From a virus (taxonomy: Duplodnaviria > Heunggongvirae > Uroviricota > Caudoviricetes): a DNA stretch of 64,000 nucleotides. The translations under genes were made by a program, and so were the position numbers. How positions within the stretch are numbered: the first letter of the stretch is position 1; the number at the start of each line of letters is the position of its first letter. Below the pieces are notes generated by a model, which was not told where the DNA came from, made no database searches, and saw nothing but the letters and a program-made list of their open reading frames with translations. This document shows positions 57,501 through 64,000 of this stretch, in pieces. The stretch lies in IMG/VR virus record IMGVR_UViG_3300029705_000018; one strand, written 5' to 3'.

Positions 57501-58526
57501 CGCACAAATAATGCGATCTAAAGTGGGCCACTGATAAGAATCCCATTGAATATCTTCTGGCAATAAATCCCAAAGATTATCATAAAATGGAACTTGAACT
57601 TTAGGAATAATCTGCTTACGCTCCAAAGAGTAATCTTCAATTTTACTCTGAGCTTCTAAGGTCGCCGCAAAAATATCATCAATATCAACATCACTAAATG
57701 ACTTTGACAATAATGTTCGACACTCTTCTGGACTCATTAAATATGCGAACTCATAGAAGTCATCAACTTCTCGTTCACCATCTTTTGAGTTCAAATAAGA
57801 TTTATGGACAAATCTATCTTCTTTTGTCAAATAATGAGAGTCAGTACCAACAACCATATTGATACCATATGCTTTCGCAATTCTCATTAGTTTGCGGTTG
57901 ACCTCACATTGTTGACTTGCGCTTGAGGGAGCGCACTCAATATAAAAATCATCACCAAACAAGCCTCGACAATAATCAATAAAATCGCAAATCTGGTCAT
58001 AATAAACCTTTGCGTTTACCATATCATTTACTCGTTCAGCCTGCGACATATTCCAGGCGGCGGTAGATAATTCACCACCAAGACAAGCAGAGGTCGCAAT
58101 TACATGGCCACGATATTTGCTAATGATTTTAGTCATTTCTTCTTTCGTGATTGGCACACGCTTCATACCTCTATCAGTATAAGCGTAATACCATGCAATA
58201 GAACTCAATTCACGAAGTGCCTTATGTCCGATGGCATCCTTCGCAACTAAAATAAAGTGATAATATTTTATACCACTTTCTCGTTTATCTACTAAATAAA
58301 CCTCATTGCCTAAAGCGATTTTGAAGTCGGGATGGTTCTTTTTAACTTCCTTCGCATATTGATTTACTTCCATATGACCACTAATACATTCATGGTCAGT
58401 AATCGCAATGCCAGAAAGACCCAACTCAATCGCTTTGTCAATGAGGTCTTTTGGTCTATTGATACAATCGAGCAAGCGGATATTAGAATACATAGTATGA
58501 TTGTGAATATTGAAGTAAGTTGTCAT
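54561..58526 (-). CDS. dnaE: DNA polymerase III alpha (DnaE-type, family C) with an N-terminal PHP domain, 1,321 aa
   Basis: PHP motifs HNHTMYS...ITDHE. Palm motif LPDIDIDL. Uninterrupted ORF. A consensus promoter lies upstream at 58562..58590. Confidence 0.8.
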   Translation of the reverse strand: MTTYFNIHNHTMYSNIRLLDCINRPKDLIDKAIELGLSGIAITDHECISGHMEVNQYAKEVKKNHPDFKIALGNEVYLVDKRESGIKYYHFILVAKDAIGHKALRELSSIAWYYAYTDRGMKRVPITKEEMTKIISKYRGHVIATSACLGGELSTAAWNMSQAERVNDMVNAKVYYDQICDFIDYCRGLFGDDFYIECAPSSASQQCEVNRKLMRIAKAYGINMVVGTDSHYLTKEDRFVHKSYLNSKDGEREVDDFYEFAYLMSPEECRTLLSKSFSDVDIDDIFAATLEAQSKIEDYSLERKQIIPKVQVPFYDNLWDLLPEDIQWDSYQWPTLDRIICAGNDQERYWLGECLKSMHEKGFIDKREYWDRLETEADVIDDIGRKLEDCLFAYFNTFKHYIDLFWECGSIVGPGRGSATGFLSNYLLGITQLDPVRWKLPYWRFLNKERAELPDIDIDLAPSKRPEIFRRIRKERGELGLIQVGTFGTEGTKSAILTACRGYRSEDFPDGIDVDQAQYMSSLIPQERGFLWSIDDVVNGNESKDRKPVVAFIREVNQYPGLLNIIKSIDGLVNKCSSHASGVILYGDDPFDTAAFMRTPSGDLITCYDLHKAEAAGDTKYDFLVTEISDKIIKCFELLVADKVIPDLSLRELYNKYIHPEVMDTTDQRIWDHLAAGDVLDVFQFSTGVGLAIAKKLKPQNPMEMTAANAMMRLMSEKGKESQQDRYVRIQRKGLTEFHREMVQAGLDSNMIALMHKHCDQYWGCCAIQEQMMELLMDVAGFTLGEANTARKIVGKKQMSKIPQLREDVYSRFDHVNSANYFWENAVAPQLGYAFSLNHSLPYSFVGMQSIYLAMNFNPIYWNTACLIVNSGSLEDNSEEEIVDIYEPEGQDLSEGVTFQDLPDRSGKIRKTASTDYGKIAKAIGDIRAAGIKVSLVDINKSQFGFAPDVENNRILFGLKGMLNVGDDVIAAIIANRPYASPKDFLQKVKPGKQAMISLIKGGAFDDMEDRRFVMAWYLWETCDKKSRLTLQNMGGLIKHGLLPESTEEQIMARRVYEFNRYLKAITKADECAYKDMYSLDPRAISFLHEIECEDLMESDNLAWFIKVKTWDNVYQKYMNIFRNWIATDKEEILEALNTKIFMEDWEKYAQGSISAWEMEVLCFYYHEHELAHVNNDKYGFVDFFALPEDPVIEKTFKKGDKEIHIFHLNRICGTCIAKNKTKSTVTILTNTGVVNVKFRKEYFTLFDKQISARQPDGTKKIMEKSWFNRGNMIVVTGIRSGDDFISKKYASTGGHQLYKIDKIYPNGDLKLLDARYQGDE

Positions 58527-58561
58527 TCTATTATCCTCTTTCTTTTTACTTATTATACTAT

Positions 58562-58590
58562 ATTATATCAATTTTTTTTATGTAAGTCAA
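58562..58590 (-). promoter_or_regulatory. Consensus promoter TTGACT-N17-TATAAT (minus strand) upstream of the polymerase gene
   Basis: Reverse complement reads TTGACT tacataaaaaaaattga TATAAT. RBS AAGAGGA before the pol ATG at 58526. Confidence 0.7.
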
Positions 58591-59779
58591 TCTTTGGTGA
58601 CAATCACCAATTTCTCTGCCGCACGAGTGGCCGCAGTGTATAACCAACGAGCATGATCAACGGGCTGGAAGGGGAACTTTTCTTCCAGAACCAAGACGTT
58701 ATCCCATTCAGAACCCTGCGCTTTATGACAGGTAATGGCATATCCATAAGTAAATTCCTTTGGCACAACATCGCCAATACGATTTTTTAGCTTATTCAGC
58801 TTATACTTATCACGCCATTCAAGCTCGCTTTCGCCGCCCTTCATAATGCGAGGGTCCATATTGATATGACCATAATTCTCACCTAAGTCAGATTCAAATA
58901 CACCAGTAAGGATATTGATCTTACCCTTCTCATAAGCGTAAAACGGGACATTGATATGACTATACTTGGGATCATGTAATGTTCCAATAGTGCCATTTAC
59001 CAATGGGTCGCCGTTAGTCAAATTACCCCAGTCCCAGTAATTCCGCAGACAAATAACTTTATCTCCTTCTTCTGGCTCAGGTCCAAAACCTCGTTGCTGA
59101 CGCATGAAATCATTCATACTGTGCCGTTGTAGATTAGTCGCAACAAGAACCTGGTCTGCCCAATCAAGCATTCCGGTATTGAGCGCGCTGGCTGGATAAA
59201 TTTGAACTTGGTCATTCTTTATATATTCCAAAGGCTTCTGGTCTCGAATATCCATAGTCAAACGGATAATACCAGATTCAGTAGCCTGTCTCATAATTTC
59301 ATCAAGGAAGATATGAGGATGGTCAAGCAAATGATTATCCTCGTCTTTCTCAATGGGTGGCAACTGGAACGGGTCGCCAAGACAAATTACATATACATTA
59401 TGGGAGAATAATTTATCCATAATACTCTTGGGCGCCATGGACACCTCATCAACCACAACGACTGTATATTCCAAAGATTTCTTTGGGATTCTAGTAAATC
59501 CACCGCCTGGACGAGGCACGCTATCATAAAGCAGACGATGTAGAGTCATTGCGTTCTTATTGCCCTTCTTAGCTAGAACCTGGGCGGCCTTGCCTGTAAA
59601 AGTAGCAAAGCAAACTTTATTATGTTCTACATCTAATGCTTCAATGATAAATTTTACCAGAGTGCTCTTTCCTGTACCTGCCTTTAGGCGTAGCCAGCAA
59701 TCACAGTGTACTTTTCATGTGCTCTGTGTCTGGCTACGGCAATTTTCAAACCTTCTTCTTGCTTTCTTGTAAGAATCAC
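58587..59779 (-). CDS. Dda/RecD-like SF1 DNA helicase, interrupted. A 31-aa N-terminal ORF (59684..59779, GTG start) ends at a TAA. The Walker A motif onward (AGTGKST...DEVSM...GDPFQLPP...HKAQGSEWD) continues in the -1 frame, which has no start codon of its own.
   Basis: Hand translation around 59680-59720. The frames are consistent with one missing nucleotide near 59684-59690. Confidence 0.55.
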
Positions 59780-60336
59780 AGTTCTACTTCCTCTCTTTCT
59801 TCAATATTCAAATCTTCAATATTCCATAGATTATCATGTAGTTCTTTATGACAATTAGAACAAATTAAAATACATTTTTTACTTTCTTCTACTGCTTCTA
59901 ATAAGTGAAAATGGTCATTGCTAATTGTAAAATCTTTTTTAGAGGGGTCAATGTGATGAAATTCTAATGCTTTTATACATCTATCATATCCACATCTTAT
60001 ACATTTTCCACCACGAGATTCTTTTATTTTAGCTAAAAACATTCCTCTCGTTAATTGAACTCCATTTGGCATACAGTTATAACAACAGGTTCTTTGATGA
60101 GCCGTAGAAGTTAAAGGATAAAATTCTTTTCCACAAATGGGACAAATTTTTGGTTTTCCTTTATAAGAAGTATCTTTTTGATTCTTTTCTTTATTGGCGT
60201 ATTTTTCTCTGCGCGAAGCGTTTTGACATTCTATACTACAGTATTTTTTAGTAGAACGGATTGCCTCAAATTCATTTCCACACATAACACATTTATTTAT
60301 CATATATTTTCTCCTTTTTTGAAATATTTCTTTCAT
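59776..60336 (-). CDS. HNH endonuclease with N-terminal Zn-ribbon repeats, 186 aa
   Basis: C-terminal CIRCGYDR...LEFHHIDP...N...CSNCHKELH HNH motif. Several CxxC pairs. Confidence 0.75.
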   Translation of the reverse strand: MKEIFQKRRKYMINKCVMCGNEFEAIRSTKKYCSIECQNASRREKYANKEKNQKDTSYKGKPKICPICGKEFYPLTSTAHQRTCCYNCMPNGVQLTRGMFLAKIKESRGGKCIRCGYDRCIKALEFHHIDPSKKDFTISNDHFHLLEAVEESKKCILICSNCHKELHDNLWNIEDLNIEEREEVEL

Positions 60337-60404
60337 TATATTTCAAAAATAAGACAAGTAAATTCGTCAGCTTTGTCCGGAGTTTTACACAACGAACTTA
60401 CCTA

Positions 60405-60422
60405 ACCAAAGTTGCACAAGCA
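60405..60422. promoter_or_regulatory. Perfect 18-bp palindrome AAGTTGC-ACAA-GCAACTT between the HNH gene and the upstream gene. Operator-like, or a short terminator stem.
   Basis: Read directly from the sequence. Coordinates are approximate to within 2 nt. Confidence 0.35.
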
Positions 60423-60427
60423 ACTTA

Positions 60428-60661
60428 TCAATCATGCTCTCCTATTGCTTCATCTAAAATCTGAATAAAACGCATCATATCTCGTTCATGCCTACGTATG
60501 ACAGCCTCATGTGCTTTTGGTTCAGAGAACCCTTTACACTTCATCAATTCAATTTTGTCGTGTTCAAAGGCTTTTGCCTGGTATTCCTTAAAACGGAATA
60601 CCAGACTATCAAACATATAACCCTTTAAATGCTTATTATCACTAAAATGTACTTTTTCCAT
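60428..60661 (-). CDS. Hypothetical protein of 77 aa. An internal Met start is used because a consensus promoter sits immediately upstream and the longer ORF overlaps the next gene.
   Basis: ORF track gives 60428..60757. Promoter at 60681..60709 with ATG 60659-61 downstream. Confidence 0.45.
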   Translation of the reverse strand: MEKVHFSDNKHLKGYMFDSLVFRFKEYQAKAFEHDKIELMKCKGFSEPKAHEAVIRRHERDMMRFIQILDEAIGEHD

Positions 60662-60680
60662 ACTAATACCTTTTATTTTT

Positions 60681-60709
60681 ATTATACCAAAATATTTCTT
60701 ATAAATCAA
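60681..60709 (-). promoter_or_regulatory. Near-consensus promoter TTGATT-N17-TATAAT (minus strand)
   Basis: Reverse complement reads TTGATT tataagaaatattttgg TATAAT. Confidence 0.55.
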
Positions 60710-61028
60710 TAAGGAACATATTGTTGTCCAATTTAAGAAAATCTTCATCCCACTCAATTTGGGGAAAAATTTCTAAATCGCTTTTTTGTTTTGGGTTTTC
60801 GGCTGGCGCGTCTGGCACCGGTCGGATGGCGTCTTGGAGAGCAATTATATTGGCAATAGCATTGCTTATCGCTCTTTCAAGTTCATCGACTCTACATTCA
60901 AGCACTCGAAAAGAATCACTCAATGTAGTTGCAGTACTAGCCATATCACAAGTTAGCATATCAACTCTATCTTGGATTAGATCAACCATGTACTTTGCGC
61001 CATCAGCAGTTAATACTTGTAATGCCAT
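60699..61028 (-). CDS. Hypothetical protein, 109 aa
   Basis: Intact ORF. TAA stop. Confidence 0.55.
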   Translation of the reverse strand: MALQVLTADGAKYMVDLIQDRVDMLTCDMASTATTLSDSFRVLECRVDELERAISNAIANIIALQDAIRPVPDAPAENPKQKSDLEIFPQIEWDEDFLKLDNNMFLIDL

Positions 61029-61037
61029 ATATCCTCC

Positions 61038-62831
61038 TTAGAAGTAATACTTCTGTTCACCAACAATTTCATAATCCTCAATAATAATTTGAGGAGAAAC
61101 ACTTCCGTTCCAGACATTGCGTTCACATTTGCCAACTACATTGATGGTGATACAACCCATCTCACTCTTCAACTTCTCATATTCTTCTTGAGAAGATTTG
61201 AATTTGATAAGACTTGTGCCATTTGGTAAAGTGATCTTCAAAGTAGGACTCTTATCGGGAGACATGAGCACAATATTACCGCTTGATACATTGATATGTT
61301 CAATAGCAACAAATGGTTCATCAACGCCTTGACCCCAAAGAGATTTCAAACCAGCAATCTCAATGATATCACTACCTCTGAAATCTGCTCCACTGAAAAT
61401 GAAATCAACTTTATAACAAGGAGTAAAATCAAACTCAGCCAAAGCCTTATTTGAATACTCCACAAATTCAGAAAATACTTTATCGTAAATGCCAACGCCG
61501 AGCGCATTAGCATGGCCTTCCGCATACATTACCAGGCCACTATTTTGTAGGAACTGGCGCAAATTATCAAACTTAGATTTATCATAACCACGACCAGAGC
61601 CTTCCCAGCTTTGCTCCTGTAAAGTCATAATCTTCTTACCATTGGTATCAAATATGTCTTGCTCAGTAATTGTCTTATTCAGTAGTAAAACTGGACGCTG
61701 GTATTTAGCCATAAGTTGGTTGGCGATAAGACCGGTTAGATTGCGATCCGCAGAAAAAGAATCCAGCTTGATTGCCAGAATTTTATTCTTCAATAAATCT
61801 TTTTGCTTGATAATAGCTTCAATAGTCTCAAGCGCAGCATCTCTTGCCTTAGTCTGACGATTTTTGATATTCGTACAATTTCGGCACGCCTGCTCTACGC
61901 GAGTTTCTTGCTGACCCTTACAGCCTCTCTTGGTTGAAGGAATTAGCTCATATCCACGATAATCTAACATCGATTCAAACATCAATAACTTTTCCTCTTG
62001 GCTACCCATTCGGATAGTAGCATTGACATATGGAGCAACATAGAACGCAATACCAATAGGAGTGATACCGTCCTTTAGCGAATACTGTTGCTTATCAACC
62101 ATGCCTTTGAAATAAGGATTTCTGATATTTTGTAAGCCACGATGAATTAAATGCTTGGTTTCAAAATCTCTCAAATCCATCATATCGGCAATCATGCCAA
62201 GAGCAACCAAATCAAGAAACTGATCGGCATAATCAACATTCATAAGTTCGTCAATATAAGAACAAAACTTATAAACCATGCCGACACCAGAAAGAGATTT
62301 AGTTGGATAATCACATAGCTGGTTATTGATAACGCAAGCATATTCGCTAACTTTTTCAGCTTCGTGGTGGTCAATAACCAGAACATCTACTCCACGCTCA
62401 TGGAGCTTTTTATGTTCTTCATAATCATTTGAACTTGAGTCTGGCGCAATTACCAACTTTACATCAGCTGGAATTGTATTGAGAATAATACCATGTTCTT
62501 TACCATTATGGATGCGGTAATAAACATTATTCTGAACATATCCAGGAAATAGGCAGTTCAAATAATTGATTAGTGTTGCCGCTGAAGTGTAACCATCACA
62601 GTCGCTATCAATTTGGATTAGGATCTTGTGTCCTTGCGAGATGTGATAAATCAACAGCTTTACACCCTACGCGATATTCGCAATAAGGGAGGGTGCTAAA
62701 ATGTCTTCATCAGTTGTATTTAGATAATGCTCAATTTTATCGGGTTCAATGCCACGATTTACGAGTACCTGTTCGACCGCAGATAAAACATCCTTGTGCG
62801 GGATGCGAGGTACTATTAGTTGATATTCCAA
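61038..62831 (-). CDS. recJ: RecJ-like DHH-family single-strand DNA exonuclease of about 597 aa. The N-terminal 54 aa are reached only by reading the TAG at 62667-69 as sense.
   Basis: Motifs DSDCDG, VIAPDSS and VIDHH. The extension LSAVEQVLVNRGIEPDKIEHYL...ILAPSLIANIA-Q-GVKLLIYH matches the RecJ N-terminus. TTG start after RBS AAAGGAGG. Confidence 0.75.
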
Positions 62832-62857
62832 AAGAAATCAACCTCCTTTCATAATCC

Positions 62858-63178
62858 TTACCACTCCTTAGGATAAAAAAATTCGTAGTGACGAGGACCA
62901 AAAGGACAGCAAAGGGTTCGTAAAATTACAAGATAACAAAATTCCTGAGATACACGAGCATCAATCAAAGCATAATTGGCACGAATACCTCTACCGCTTT
63001 CATTTGCGGGAGCTACTCTCCAATAATCTCCATTTTCAAATTCAATAAATGAATTACTACGGGAATATATTTCTCTAACTGGATTGATACCTTTCCAAAT
63101 ATATTCATCTCGGACGCATTTTAATTGTCTTACACCATCGCCTGCTCTATCACAGGACCAAATAACACCTTTTATCAT
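62858..63178 (-). CDS. Hypothetical protein of about 106 aa (ATG start with ATGA overlap; the ORF track extends to 63202)
   Basis: Intact ORF. SD-like GAGGAAAAAAGA before the ATG. Confidence 0.45.
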   Translation of the reverse strand: MIKGVIWSCDRAGDGVRQLKCVRDEYIWKGINPVREIYSRSNSFIEFENGDYWRVAPANESGRGIRANYALIDARVSQEFCYLVILRTLCCPFGPRHYEFFYPKEW

Positions 63179-63507
63179 TCTTTTTTCCTCGTTCCTGCCC
63201 AACGGCGCTTACCAATCTCATGTCCTTCTGGACACATGGTGGCCGCTTCAATATGTATTTCTTTCTCATACTCATAGGGTTCTAGGTAACCCATCAATGG
63301 ATTGATGCAAGTTGTCTTTTCTTCTTCAAAAAACTTTGTATTACAATCCTTTTTATAGTACCAGCGACCGCATCCACTACACCAGTTACCCTGCGCCTGA
63401 ACATCAGTTTGAAGTTGAAGTAGCGCATCAAATGAATTAGCAATTACATTCATTCGCTCTTGAATGTCGTCGGGACCATTTTTGAATACTTCTTCTAAAA
63501 TTAACAT
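63175..63507 (-). CDS. Hypothetical Cys-containing protein, 110 aa
   Basis: Intact ORF. ATG overlaps the upstream TAA. Confidence 0.5.
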   Translation of the reverse strand: MLILEEVFKNGPDDIQERMNVIANSFDALLQLQTDVQAQGNWCSGCGRWYYKKDCNTKFFEEEKTTCINPLMGYLEPYEYEKEIHIEAATMCPEGHEIGKRRWAGTRKKE

Positions 63508-64000
63508 TAGAGAATTATCCTTTCTTTGAATAATTGTAAAAATATCTGCGGGCCGCAGTCGATCGGTGAGTCCTTGTATCCTGTAACCATATTCTTATCA
63601 AAGATAAAAGAAATTGTAGTAAAGTTCTTATATCTATCTCTTAGTCTGATTAGATTAGTTTTTAGGCGCTTATATTCAGCATCGCCAATTTCCTTGAACT
63701 GACGGTCAAAGGCAATGATTACTTCTTCGGCGCCCACATCCAAAAGCATCTGCATCTGGTGCGAAGATACACTTGAACCGCAACACGCAACAGAAATATC
63801 ATTTTCCAAACCAAAATAAGATTTATATAATAAACAGGATTTCTCACCTTCAAAGATAATAGCCTTTTTCATAAGACTAATATTATCTTTACTAAAATTG
63901 AAATTATATAAGTTCATGCCAAGAGGATGATTATATAATACTTTATTGATTTTTAGAGGTCTATACTTACCATACAACTCGCCCTCTTCTGCGCATACAG
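63507..64000 (-). CDS. dnaG: DnaG-like primase, TOPRIM part. Partial: the N-terminus lies beyond the window edge.
   Basis: AIIFEGEKSCLLY...VACCGSS...IIAFDRQFKEIGDAE fits the TOPRIM EG...D.D pattern. The frame is open to position 64000. Confidence 0.55.
   Translation of the reverse strand, partial: VCAEEGELYGKYRPLKINKVLYNHPLGMNLYNFNFSKDNISLMKKAIIFEGEKSCLLYKSYFGLENDISVACCGSSVSSHQMQMLLDVGAEEVIIAFDRQFKEIGDAEYKRLKTNLIRLRDRYKNFTTISFIFDKNMVTGYKDSPIDCGPQIFLQLFKERIIL

Noticed and set aside
59684-59690. Programmed -1 ribosomal frameshift in the helicase
   Set aside because: There is no X_XXY_YYZ slippery heptamer and no obvious downstream pseudoknot. A one-nucleotide indel explains the frames more simply. 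Kept as a finding but not asserted as programmed.
1-64000. CRISPR array, integrase/attachment site, or diversity-generating retroelement
   Set aside because: There are no regularly spaced identical repeats with unique spacers. No tyrosine or serine recombinase was found. No reverse transcriptase or TR/VR repeat pair was seen.

Overview
This window is a segment of a tailed-bacteriophage genome with two convergent modules. The plus strand from 1 to about 48,335 carries the late/structural genes: a roughly 3,129-aa tape-measure-like protein, several very large tail-fibre and baseplate-like proteins with tandem repeats (Flg_new-type repeats, BspA-type LRR), and a cluster of small genes. The minus strand from 48,382 to the window end carries the replication and nucleotide-metabolism genes: a DnaE-type polymerase with a PHP domain, class III anaerobic RNR NrdD/NrdG, a dUTPase-family protein, RuvC, a RecJ-like DHH nuclease, an SF1 helicase, a guanylate-kinase-like dNMP kinase, an HNH endonuclease and a partial DnaG TOPRIM primase. 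Strong AAGGAGG-type ribosome-binding sites, sigma-A-like consensus promoters and anaerobic RNR point to an anaerobic, probably Firmicute (gut) host.

The dominant signal is that the amber codon TAG is read as sense. About 80 in-frame TAGs lie inside 16 genes whose reading frame is otherwise continuous. Every gene terminates with TAA or TGA and none with TAG. A Gln-rich context (PQQP*QVAQ*QPVYQ) suggests TAG encodes Gln, as in genetic code 15. The six-frame ORF track fragments these genes because it treats TAG as stop.

TAG use is heterogeneous. It is very dense in the tape-measure gene (36 sites). It is absent from a contiguous tail-fibre module of about 14.6 kb (25,771..40,407) and from the polymerase and RNR genes. 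RuvC and the RecJ-like gene each carry a single essential TAG.

No tRNA, including a suppressor tRNA, was found in the window. There is no CRISPR array and no integrase.
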